DNA of 64,000 nt from Camelus ferus (Eukaryota), in NCBI RefSeq assembly GCF_009834535.1, contig NC_045696.1, positions 116,686,001-116,750,000 on the forward strand, given 5' to 3'. The translations under genes and the position numbers were made by a program. This document shows, piece by piece, positions 39,350 through 52,059 of the stretch (positions are counted from its first letter, which is position 1; each line of letters opens with the position of its first letter). The notes under the pieces were generated by a model, which did not search any database, was not told the origin of the DNA, and saw only the letters and a list, made by a program, of their open reading frames with translations.

Positions 39350-39863
39350 TGTAATAGGCAAGAACAAATCTGACTTCATATTGGATCTGTTTCTTTTACT
39401 TGAACCTTTGTTTTCTGTTGCTTTTGCTACAAGTTAATCACTGAAGGGATGTTGCCTGAGGCATAAAGAACACATAATGGCCCATCTCAGGGAACCCTGC
39501 CTCCCATGCCTGAGCCTTAAGCTAAAATACCTTTGTTTAGCTCACAGGAAACATCCCAACCAGGCCCACCTGCAAATGGCTGCAGGAAAGAAGAAATTAG
39601 CACATCCCCTCCAGAGTCTGGCTGGAGCCAGGAAATATTTGCAACAACTTATCCCTTTTTTAATTTTACCTCCTCACCTCCTCTTTGTTCTATAAAAGAA
39701 ACTAGCATTCAAAACCAGGCAAGAGGCTTCTTTGAGACTCTAGTGCGCATCTTCTCGGTCTGCTGGCTTTCTGAATAAAGTCACTGCTGCTTGCCCCAAT
39801 ACCTCGTCTCTCGATTTTTTGGCCCGTTGTGCAGTGAGCAGTATGAGACTGGACTTGGTTACA
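39350..39863 (+). mobile_element. Solo LTR, ERV1-like, same family group as 3289-3783
   Basis: TG...CA ends, TATAAAA, AATAAA, near 4-bp TSD ttct/tcct. Confidence 0.8.
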
Positions 39864-40930
39864 TCCTGACAGATGGTTCTATGACAGTAAGGTCTAGGAC
39901 CCGGCCTTTCCTGGAAGATTAATGCTCGACTTCTAGAAGGAACTTGCGTGGGTTTCCAGCAGTGTGAGCATCACCAATAACCTTTCTTCACTCTCGAGCT
40001 CCTTTCAAGAGGCCAAACCATTAAGAACTCGACCTTCATGAAGCAGGAAGGAAGCAAATGTGAGTGGAACCCACCACACAGACTCAGGACTCCTAGCTGT
40101 AACCCAGGGGGGCAGAGGCCCAAGGAAGGTAGGAAATCTATTTCCTTTACTTGGTCTGCAGGTCAGATTAATTAGACCCTGTGTGGGTCTGCAAATGTCC
40201 TGTCAAATGGAATCTCCTAAAACATGAAAGTACCCCGGTGGGGATGCGGTCTGCAGCTGACTGCTCAACTGGGAAATGAGATGAGATTTACAAGGCTCCT
40301 CTCTCTGATTCATGATATTCTCTGCCTTGTTAATAATGCCGCATTGATTAAGTCACAGTGCAGATGGAAGGAACATGTGTCTCTGTTCAAAAAAAGGGAT
40401 TATCATCTATTTCCTCTTATTCACTGGACAGCAACACTATCAGCACGGGTGGTTGTTTGGGATAAAGAGAATCTGAATGACAGGTACTCACAAATAACCC
40501 GGTCATTCCCCTGGTTAACATGTCCACTGTTACAAAACCATGAACAACTGTCAAATCCCCAACCAGTAGTGAATCAGAGGAGCAGCAGGTGGTAAGGGGG
40601 ATGGGGAACCTTTGGAGAAAGGATAGGCTTTGAATAGGGGAGCGTCCATCTTCAACTAAACAAGTCAGAAAGGTCACCACCATTGAAAAGAAGAGGCTGG
40701 TCTGAAACCCTAAGTGGGTAATCGTTTCCATTCTATTTCCTTGGCTTGTTGAGTAACTTAGAAACAGATGTGAGATTTTAATGAAAAGACTGATGATTTT
40801 GAAACATCCCAATTTTATCCTGAGTCTGGAGGTCAAGACAAAATATTAAGACTTAGAGGAGAATTCTCTTCCCCAAGGCAATTGCTATTGCTTCTGGTGT
40901 GGGCAGGACAAGCCAAGTAATCGAGTCTTT

Positions 40931-41019
40931 TAAATTTTTTTTAATGGAGGCACTGGGAGGTGGAAATCAGGACCTCGAGCATGCTAAGCATGTGCTCTAC
41001 CACCAAGCTCTACCCTCCC
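40931..41019 (-). mobile_element. Vic-1-like SINE, short form
   Basis: Degenerate TSD caagtaatcgagtctt / caagtaactgagtctt. Confidence 0.85.
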
Positions 41020-41499
41020 TACAAGTAACTGAGTCTTGAATTCAGTGCCTCTTGACTTCTAGTGTGAGAGAACCAGCTCCTGAGCCTACAGTGCAGAAGG
41101 GACCACAGAACCTCTTCACTGATGTGTGTTACGACGAAAGGTCTGTGTGTGGGGAAGGGGACCCACTGAGGAGGCAGCAGAGCACTGTGGGTAAGAGCTG
41201 GACTTGTCCCAGGCTTATCACTTATTAGCTCTGTAACCTTGGGAAGGATATGATTAATTGTAACAGGATGGGTAATACTGAGACCACAAACAATGCAGTG
41301 AATTTCAATGGCTTCACACAAAAAATTTTATGTCCCATTCTTCCTCTCTAAAGTGATGATAATAACGAAAGTCGTTTTGAGGACTAAATGAGATATAGAT
41401 GCGTAAACTGAACAAATCCTGGAGACCCAGTTGGCCACATCTGATGTGGTGTCCCATCAGGAGAAATGTACAACAGCCAATTAAAAAAAGGATTCTTTT

Positions 41500-41647
41500 T
41501 TTTAAAGAAACTTTTTTTGTTAAATTTTTTTGAGGGGGAGGTAATTAGGTTTATTCGTTTATTTTTTAATGGAGGTACTGGGGATTGAACCCAGGACCTC
41601 ATGCATGCTAAGCATGCACTCTACCACTGAACTCTACCCTCCTCCCA
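41500..41647 (-). mobile_element. Vic-1-like SINE, long form
   Basis: ggggaggtaattaggtttatt...ggaggtactggggattgaacccaggacctc...ctctaccactga. Confidence 0.9.
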
Positions 41648-42784
41648 TATAGGACTTCTTAATAAGGAGGCTATTAAGCTTCTCAAACACAAGTTTCCCC
41701 CAAATTGCTCTCCTAGCAGAAGGGCTGTCATCCTATGCCACAAAAACACATTTCTTTGCACAGCACTAGGTAGAATACTTCATATAAAGTAACAGCTTGG
41801 AATTCCATTCTTTCCCCTCTCAACCCCTTTATCTGCTTTGCTTAAACAAAAAGGCACATGCAAACTATCCATAGGTAGGAACACAGCCAACAAGACATTG
41901 ACAATATATTCAAATTAACTTAAGCACGCTTTTAACTTTCTATCTTTGAGTTCACATATATAAATAACAAGGCTTTGGAATTAAAAGAAAACCCAAAGGA
42001 ATTGCTCAATACTTATTTAAAAACTTGGAAACGCTGGATGATTTTGAGGGAGAGAGTTACTTACTAATATGTAGTTCATATTATCCTAGAAAGAAAAAGG
42101 AAGCAAGTACACACACTCTGGTGTGATGAAAACTAACTAGGAATCTCTCAGCAATGACACACACCTTTAAAGATTTTAGGCATAAGGAGCTATGTACCAA
42201 ATCAATGATTTGGGAGTTCAACAGGGTAATTAGTGCTAAAAAAAACTTACACAGTTTAACCTCATTATGTGGAGCTGAGATCTCAGGCCCCCGCAATGAC
42301 CAGCTTCTAATTAGGGCGCAATGGCTCCTGGTTAGCCTGTAAAACCACCTGTGTTGTAATTGTGAGGAAACACAAGCTGGTTTCATAAGATTTCCAGGCT
42401 ACGAGCTGACCACTCTTTGTGTTTCAAACCAGGTCGGTGAACAAATATGTTCGATTTGTTGTGAGAACTTCTCGCATCACAACTCCCGACGGCACTTTTA
42501 AAGTTAACGCAAAATGCCTAATTTGCTGCCTAGGAAGCCCGTTGTCAATTCTATGCTGTAAGAGAAAAAGCTGACCAGCCCGATCTATGCAAGACAGAGT
42601 CTGAACCAGCAAACAGACATGAGCTACTTTGTGTATGTGAACCATGGAGTTAGGCTCACTCAGTTACAGAAAATAAGAAGAGGTCTATATAGGACCCCAA
42701 TAGTGGGGTTCCAGGCAGCTGCTACGTAACCAAACGCATTCATCTTTTTTGCATACATTTTTTGAAGATTTAAAAAAACATTTA

Positions 42785-43570
42785 AAATATATTTTTATTG
42801 AAGTAGTCAGTTTACAATGTTGTGTCAGCTTCCAGTGTACAGCACAATACTTCAGTCACATAGTAAAATACATACGTTTATTCTCATATTCTTCTTCACC
42901 TTAAGTTACTACAAGATATTGATTATAGTTCCCTGTGCTGTACAGTATGAACTTATTGTTTATTATGAACTTATTGTTTATCTATTTTGTGTATGTTAGC
43001 TAGTATCTGCAGTCTCGAACTCCCAATTTATCCCTTCCCACCTCCTTTCCCCCTGGCAACCATAAGTTTGTTTTCTATGTTTATGAGTCTGTTTCTGTTT
43101 CGTAAATAAGTTCATTTGTCTTTTTTTTTTCTTTAGATTCTACATATAAATGATATCATATGGTATTTTTCTTTCTCTTTCTGGCTTACTTCACTTATTA
43201 TGATAATCTCTAGGACCATCCATGTTGCTGCAGTTGGCATCATATTATTCTTTTTTATGGCTGAGTAGTATTCCATTGTATAAATATACCGCAACTTCTT
43301 TATCCAGTCATCTACTGATGGACATTTAAGTTGTTTCCATGACTTGGCTATTGTAACTAGTGCTGCTGTGAACACTGGGGTGCATGTGTCTTTTTGAATG
43401 AAAGTTCCCTCTGGATATATGCCCAGGAATGGGATTGCTGGCTCATATGGTAAGTCTATTTTTAGTCTTTTGAGGAATCTCCATACTGTCCTCCATAGTG
43501 GTTGCACCAAAGTGCATTCCCACCAACAGTGTAGGAAGGTTCCCTTTTCTCCACAGCCTCTCCAGCATTT
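42785..43570 (-). mobile_element. Relatively young L1 3' end with the ORF2 C-terminus still open
   Basis: ORF 43133-43510 ([32 protein letters not shown]...KCPSVDDWIKKL) is the L1 ORF2p C-terminus. Confidence 0.92.
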
Positions 43571-46500
43571 TTAAATTACAGAAATCTTTGAAACCTAAGC
43601 AAGAAGGTTGTTCATCACAGCAGTCACATTTTTACCAAATACCGGGCAATTTCTAGGTGAGGAAGAAACTCTCACAGTTACCGGATATAAGGGTGAGCTC
43701 CTTTAAGTTAAGGTTTGAACTCAAAGGTGAGGTGTGGAACCCCAGAAGGAGGAAGCACTATTGACTACTCACACAGTGACGAAAAACACGTCTTTGTGAG
43801 CATTCATGGTGGGCTTGCAAGCCACTGAAATGTAGGAAGAAATGTGTCTGGTTTGGCATTTCTCATCTCCCAGTGGTGCTCTAGGAAGTTCCCAGATCAA
43901 AAACTGTCGCAGAGAAAATGTGCCTGATGTGTATCACGTTTCTTACTCTGGGCTTCTTTCCTAGTGGCGTTCTGGCCCGAAGCAGCTTCCTGCGATGGGA
44001 GTCATTCCCAGTTACTGGCACAGTCATGGGCACTTTCTGTTGCTTTTCTTACGTAAATGTGTGACTTGAGCCTGGGCTTCCATTGAGGATAGACTTTTCC
44101 TCAACCTTGGAAAAGGAACAGGGAGGAATTTAGGGGAGGAAATCTGTGAGGAGAGGCCAGGCTGTAACCCCTTTCCTGAAATTCTCCTACGTGGACAAGC
44201 TGTTGAGAGCTATCATACGCAAAGCTAGTCATTAAGTGGCCATTTCCATTTCGGGGGGAAGTCAGTGCTATCCGTGGAGGAACTCCTCTTCCTAAAAATG
44301 TGAGCGGTGGGTAAATACCCATTTAGGATGGGCGGAACTGATAGCGGGGTTCTTTCTGAATTGACAAAACTCTCTGACTCCGTTATTTATATAGATTCAT
44401 ACAAAGACATCATTCTTTTAGTTACACGCATGAAATGTATACATGTAATGCCCTTTAGAACAAACTTTTCTCTCCACGTTTCAAAGCAGTTTGTTCCATG
44501 ATCGCAAAATATGCACAAGGGAGTCCATGGGGAGGACGAGGCTTTCGTAACCTTCATATGAATCTGTGCCTTTCACGTGTCTCATCTCCCAGGTCAACTT
44601 TGCTTGTCAGGTCGTTTCTTGCGGGGTTGCAGGAAATCGGGACTGTTGGGGCCTTTGAAGGAACAGTTTTGGCCTCAGTTGGACTGCAGGGGCACACTAC
44701 CTTTTAGGTAATAAACGTGCTTCCAAAATGAGCCATTTGGCGTCTCACAGAGAAAGGCATATTTTTCCCATTCATTTCCATTAGGATTTCAGGAGGTGTG
44801 ATTTCTACTCGGCAATAACTCTGAGTCATTGTCTTTAAGCTTTCCTCCTCCTCTCACTCTTCCCTTTCTGCTAATTCACTCAGAATTTCTAAACAAACAT
44901 TTACTCTTACCTGGGAAGGTACCATAAAAGTGACTCTGGTTGATTATTTAGAAGAATTGGGAAAATATTTCAAGGTACGAATAGCCTCCGATTTATCGAT
45001 GAGTTTGGTAGTCATATTCTCACAGGCCAGGCTTTCTTACAGTGACAGCACACTCACGTAGCCAGCAGGCTGCGTTCGCTTTCCACGCCTCACATTTTCC
45101 TCAAATTACTAAATGATGTCACGCGTGTCAATTCTGTCTCTCCGGAAGAACACATTCTCATTTAAAGGCAACGTAAAAACACCATAGTAAAATCACAAGT
45201 GGAGCAAAAGCAAAAACACTTTCATTCGGTTGCACACCTTTCTCAGTGTTTAAAAGTTTTCTTAAACTGGAATAAAAAATAATGGAAAAATGAGTCTAGG
45301 AGGGACTGTGGCCCAGATAGGTTGGTTGTTCACCAGTTGCGTCCTCTGAGAAACACGGCTTCATGGAATGTCCCAGACCGCTTGCAACCAGGCTGACCCA
45401 CCTGACAGGCTGCGGCCAGTGGCATGTGAGCAGAGATCTGGGCTGTTTCTAGGTCTGGCCCTACAGTGGCGCAAGGAAGGCCTCCACATTCTCTGTCTCC
45501 GCTGGTTGGTTGGCGAGGTACCAAGTCTCCAGGGGAGGACTCTGAGTTCCAGAGGATGCTGAGGCCTGGAAGATGATGGAGCCACTGAGCAGAGGTGGCC
45601 TGGATCCCTGAGTTGCCCTGGGAAAAGCCATGATCTGTACATTGTGGTATGAACGAATCTTATTCTAGGTACTGTATCAGGTCACTGCGACTTGGGGCTA
45701 TTTGTTACAGCATTTAGCCTGATCCAACTGATACAGTTTCTTGGCCCAGAGATGAGGAACTGGGGTCCCACTGAAGGAAAGTAACTTGTTGCAAGCCACA
45801 CAGCTTGGACATGTACTGACTCTAATACCCACCATTCACTGTTCTTTTCGACAGAAGCCCGTTTTGAGATTTTGGATTTTTTTTCCCTATAAATGATGCT
45901 ACTAACATTTTGTACCAACAAGAAAAAAGGGTGGCTAAGATCCTCAGAGGAAAAATGTAAACTGTATAATCTAGAAATATAAATATGCTTCGTGAACGCT
46001 AGTCAGACTTGGGATGATTTATGAACGCTGGCAAAATGCAGTGACACAGATCGGTCACCATATGTTCTGCTTAATCTTCAGGGTGGAAAATGTAAGTGAG
46101 ATTACCACATCACTAAAAGCTTAGCATCTTGCAGATGTTCATCTCAGAATTTTCCTTAATCATTTTTCCTCAATGACACGGAAACCAAATCCTTTAAATC
46201 CCAGTTCATTTGGCAGAAATGCATCTCCCCAGGTCCCTCCACCCTTACCCATTTGTCATTATGACGGCACGCTAGCCTTCCAATTCATCATTTCGAGGTA
46301 CTTCAATCCCCACCCCCCCAACTTGGCGTCGTCTTTGCTTCATGTTTCTGACCACTTGGCTACTGTTTCCACTAGTTAAAGCCGCCGCTGTTTCGGCATT
46401 GCAGATTGCTGGGTTTAAGTGGTGAGCTTTTGGATGCCCTGAATCTGATGAAACCGGAGGCTCCCAGCTCTGCCTGCTGAGCAAGGTCTGCGCTGCCCTG

Positions 46501-49500
46501 TCAGCAGACTGTCCCCACCATATGCCTTCCTCTCTGAGGTCTACATCCTTTTGGGGAACTTCATGGGAAAAGCACTAAAAAGATGTTTACCTTGGGATTT
46601 TGTAATTCATTTTAGATTTTAATTTAATTTCCATTAACTTAGCTCATTTACCACAGCTTTAATCATACCACCACCCACTGGCTCCATACTGTAACAGTGG
46701 AGTCTGGGTTTGGGATCGGGGGGAAGAATTAGCGGGATTAGTTCGAGGGAATGTCACGCACGCCCAGGGATGACCCGTGAAACATGATCAGACTAGTGTA
46801 GCCCAAAGAGTGAAATATTTTCTGCAGTAAGACATTCAGGGTTATTTTAACAAGTCCCAGGAGATCAGATTCTTGGACAACAACAATAACAACAAAAAAC
46901 AGAGTAAAATTATGTTTTTAAAAGTCCTAACATATCCACAGGAAAAGCATTTGCAGACTGACTGAGAAACGTGAACAAAACTAAATTTGAAATATTGCTT
47001 CATTCACTTTTACTCTCAATCCCCGTGCAGAGCTGCACATACATACAGGAAGTACTGAGAATGCTTTATTTGTTGGCAAACGTGTTATAGTCATACTTCA
47101 AGAGATTTTTATTTATTTATTTTAATAAGAAGGCTTCCAACTTCTTACAAGGATGAAACTGAGTCTGGAAAGAAACTGAAATCCTATTTTGCACATCGAA
47201 AATGACAATCGAGTGGAGATTTTACAGGTTTACCCTTGAATGTGGAGCAAGGGAAGAACAAAGAACAATGATGTGTATCGTGGGCTGAAAAGCACGTACA
47301 ATGTGGTTGAATTCTTATGATTAATTTCTCAAAAGCTTTCCCACTGAGGGGAAACATGCCAAATGAAGTGAATGAATCAAAAGTGGGCTGCTATCTGTGG
47401 TCCATTTCTGACTTATCCACTTGGCAGGTGAAGCTTGTTTTCCTACGGAAACCTAATTCCCAAGAATGCTCCATTAGCCTACAATATAGGCGGCCCAAAG
47501 CGCTCGAACGATGGAGGGACAGAGCTGGAATTTCTCTTTGTTTCAATGGATAAACTTCCACTAAGTTTCAGTTGGGTTTTAGAGTCAGGTGGTTTGGGAC
47601 TGCAATTGTAGGTCCTGATTTCCCTTGCTTCCTTGCTGAGGGACGCTGGACCAGGTTTTTCCTTCTCTTATCCTTCACTAGTCTTCTTATCTAGTACATG
47701 AACTTAACAACCAATCTCCATGAGTGCTATGAGAATAAAAAAGTTCATGTCTGTAAAGTGCTTAGGGTACACTTTGGTTCACAGGAGCGACTATACCACC
47801 AGCAGCACCAACATCATCACGGAGCCTTTGTCGGGAGGGCAGGGCTGTTGCCCTGATCTATAGCCCATAAGTACAGACCCCGCCCTCTTCAACAGGTGTC
47901 GAGAATGCAGTGGGGAACGGAGGACGGGGTCTCTCCAAGTAGGGCTGGGTTAAGAACTACTGGTGGATGGAGCGTTGGCAGTTTTTCATTCTCAGGGAAC
48001 GCACGTAAGTTGAGCCCTGCCTGCTGGTGTCTGTGTGTGCACACATGCAAATGTGACACCTTTTATTTCAGGCTGAACATCTGCTGTTCCCTGCCAGATG
48101 GAAGTGACGAGAGAGGTAGGGAGAGAGAGGCCTTTTTTGTCTTGTTTATGGGATGGCAGGTGGCCTTTTCATCCTCTGACTTCCCAACCCAGTGAACCCC
48201 CACGGAACTTAAAAATCTAACTGCTCACTGTTCAACTTGCAAACAGGAGCTGAAATCCCCAGATGTCATCGAAACAGGGCTGATCTCTTTGCAGGGGATG
48301 CCTCATCTATTTGATTGACAAAAGGCTACACAGGAGCGAATCCAGAGGAGATGAAACAGGAGCCCATTCACAGATGTTTGTAGCTTTTTTGTGTGTTCTT
48401 CATTTTATGTGCTTCTAACATATGCTGAGGTGGAATCTGGTTTCTAAGAAAATGTTGCTGAACTAGGACTGTACAGCCTCTAACGAGGGGACTACCCGTG
48501 GCTCGCATGCAGCCACTAGCTTTGCTTCATTTGTGCGATCACCACTGACCACCCCTCCCCTTTTCTGGACTCTGTCTCTTATGGCAACTCTTCAGCCAAC
48601 TGGATTCCCATGGAAACCACTGCAGTTTCTACTACAGTGTGATCTCCCATCCTCCTCGATCCCCTCCCCTTCCCCCACCACACACACACACATACACAAA
48701 CACACGCACACACTGCTAAAACCTGGGAGGGCACTTGACTTAGGGGAACCACTCAGTCTTTCCACAGGATTCTAGAATCAACCAAGAGACGAGATTAATC
48801 TGCTGCCCCATTGAATTGAGGAGCCGCCATCTGTTACCATTTCCTGCCATTAGGACAAGGAAAGAAAGATGACGAGTTTACCGAAGGACAGAGAAGAACA
48901 GAGAGAAAAGGAAAAGGAAGAAATGGAGAGAAAATAGAATAAGAAATGGAGTTTGGGAGCCAGATTATTAAAGTTTCTGAGATCCAGGTGTGCACGTGAG
49001 GGTGTATATGATGTGTGTGTGTATTTTATTTGACCCTGTAAGATACCTGTTATCCTTACAATAAATCTCTTCTGCCTTTAACGCTCTATTTGAGGTGAAT
49101 TTCAATTGCCTACAGTAGATGTCCTCATTCAGACTTGGCCCCAAATTTAGCAGTCTTCTTAGGCTGGCCCTCTTGCCAATGCCCCACAGTAACTCTGTCC
49201 AAAAATAAAATTTTTAAAAAGAATCAGCTTGTAGTTTGAGAAGGAGTGAGGGCAACCTCTTTCTTTGGTTTTACAGCTCTTGGAAGTATAAAGCCTTCAT
49301 CTCTCTGAGGTTGGGGACCAAGTAGGAGAAACAAAACTTCAGGGATAGAGGGGAGTGTAAACTTAGAGACCAGTGGAGTCCAGTCGTCCCTAAGATCTTC
49401 TTCAAGGCGTGGGGGAATGGGATGAGACTGACAATAGTGAGGGGCTAAAGCAGTAAGCACAGTGACCACTAAGAAGAGACGAGGGCACTGAGGGTCACTG

Positions 49501-51459
49501 TGCTGTAGTCAGAGCACGTAGGATGGGTAAAGACGTGCAAGAAATTCAACAGCAACCTTCATTTACTCAACGTCCTGAGCGTGAATACAACACTGGGCTC
49601 TGAGGACACTAACCAAAGCACGATCTCTTCCTTCAAGGTACTGTGTTTGCCACAACTTCTGGATCTACTGGAAAACACCTGTAGGGGTATTCCAGAACAT
49701 AAAATGTACACTGGATGCAAGGAAAATTTCCAGGCCCTTACTTACTGAGCTTGTCCTCGCGTATCTGCCACTGTTTCAAGCACTATGAAAGTGTATGGCA
49801 GGTAAGATGGCTACTGCAAGATATTTCAAGGAAGGAGTTTTGCTCCCTAAGGGATAGTGTTGTGTTTTTTTTGTTTTTTTTTATTTTTCATTTTAGGAGG
49901 TTTTTTTTAAAAAACATCTTTATTGTGGTATAATTCCTGTACAGCAAACTACACATATTTCAGATGTAAATTTGATGAATTCTGATAGATGTATGCACCT
50001 ATGACACCACCACCACAATCAGGATCGCTAACATTTCCATCACTCCCCAAGAGGTGCACATAGGGAGGGTATTTTAAAACACACAACCAACAGAACTCTT
50101 GTTAGGCTTGGGAGGGCAAGGAAAGCTGACCCGGTAAAACGCCATGTGAGTCCTTCAATATGCAATTTTCTAAGAATGATTATCTCAGGAAGGTGCAGAA
50201 TTAATTATGTCTTCTTACTACACACGGCCGTGCTAGCTGAGGCACACCTACACACAGGCTACTCTTGAAAAGCTAAGTATCTGGGCTGTCAGATATGATT
50301 TTTACAATGATTACTACTCCGTAAGTCATTGTCAAGAAAATTGCTTCCAAGCAGCCCGATCTTATTTCAGACTAAAATGGGGACTAAGTTTAAACCAGGT
50401 CTTTCCTTTGGAAATAACTCTCTTTTCAGTATAATTTTGAAATACATTGTAATGCAGTCAAATAGGAAGCAAGAGATGTTGGCAAATCCCAGACTTCACT
50501 TGAAAGAGCCATTCAGGCTTGTTTTTAAGAAGCGAGGAGTCAAGCCTCATGGATGCAGTACAGCTTAATTACAGGAGGAAGTGTCTTGTGCCAAGAGGTC
50601 CAAGTGGACACAACTCCATAGTGCAAGGGAATCAGATCCCTTTTCCAATGACATCTGCATCTGAAATAGGGGCAAGATTCACCTTTGCATATTAAAGACA
50701 TGGGGTCCACACCCCAAAAGAAATGTAATTTATATACAGATACCACCGAGGCTAATGCAGATTAAGTAATATGAGAAATGCTTGACCATCATATATATTA
50801 TAGACTTTATACCTCACAGTTTACCACTAAGGGCAACAGATCATTATATTCTAATGAAGTATTTCATGAACATAGATAAGCTGCTTTACTAGACTCTGGA
50901 GTTTTCCACATGTAAGTTCATTTCATCCAAAAAGTTTGTGGCCTCATGCCCTGGGCAACAAAAGTGAGGTGAATAACAGTTCAGAATGGTCTGATGGTTA
51001 ACAGTATTGATTTTCTCTAATTTCTGGGGGTCTTAGTGTTGTAATAATAATTCATTTATTTCTACAGAAAATATATGTGTTAGCCTAGATTTGAAGGCAG
51101 ATCTTTTTTTCATCTTAACACAGCCTACTATATAACACCATTTACTATATCAAACCACCTGGAGGAATTAAGTTACCTCTATTGCAAGAGTTCCCTATCA
51201 TTCAGCTTAAATTCCTTCTATGGCTTTTGAAACCTCTTGTCCTGAACTTATGAAAAGTGAAAAATAGCTGTTTTGCAATTTATCTGTTTTTTCAATATTC
51301 TTTCAAATTCTACTGGCTTTGTTACTTCTAAGATATATAACTCTTCATTCACGTAACATTTCATTTTAGACTCCTTTTATGAACTATATAGATGTCTGTC
51401 TTCAGGACTTTATTCATTTTCTCAAAATTTCACATAGGTCCCAGGTCCCAAAGTAAACT

Positions 51460-52045
51460 TTCTGACATTCATTCATTCAAGCATCAAACATATATTCAAT
51501 GTTGATTCTGCATTATGCTCTGATTTAGGCACAGAGGATACATATAGAATAGAATACATAAAATAGACATTCTGGCAGGAAATTGATCATAAACAAGAAA
51601 ATATACACATTAAAATAACTTCAGATTTTGTTAAATGCTAGAAAAATTTAAGCAAGGTGATGTGACTGGGAGGTAAACTCCAGGGCAGGTGAGCAGGTAA
51701 GACCAGAGGAGTAGCACTGCAGAAAGAAAAAAAAAACAGCAATGCAAAGGCCCTGAGGCATGAGAGGCAGGCAGGAGCCTGGCATGTGTAAGGAAGGGAA
51801 AGCACATCAGTGTGTTCGACTATAATCCTGGACCCAAGATGGTATCAGATAAGTTTGAAAGACAGGAAGGAGCTGGAATGTGTAGAATCTTGAAAGTTAT
51901 GATAAGCCTGGATTTTATTAACAGTTCAGGAGGATCCACTGAAATACTCTAAGCAACAGAATGACATGATCCAATTTATATTTTGGAAAGACTGCTTCTG
52001 TAGACTTGAGGACAGAGGGTGGAAAGGGAATAAGGACAGAGATAA
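51460..52045. mobile_element. L2 fragment, apparently interrupted by the large L1
   Basis: cattcattcattcaa tail, caaaggccctgaggca and tgacatgatccaatttatattt signatures; L2-like sequence resumes at about 57645. Confidence 0.65.
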
Positions 52046-52059
52046 GGCTAGGCACGTTA

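Noticed and set aside
42945..42980. 17-bp tandem duplication (tatgaacttattgttta) inside an L1 3'UTR
   Set aside because: Ordinary slippage in a dead repeat with no functional context.
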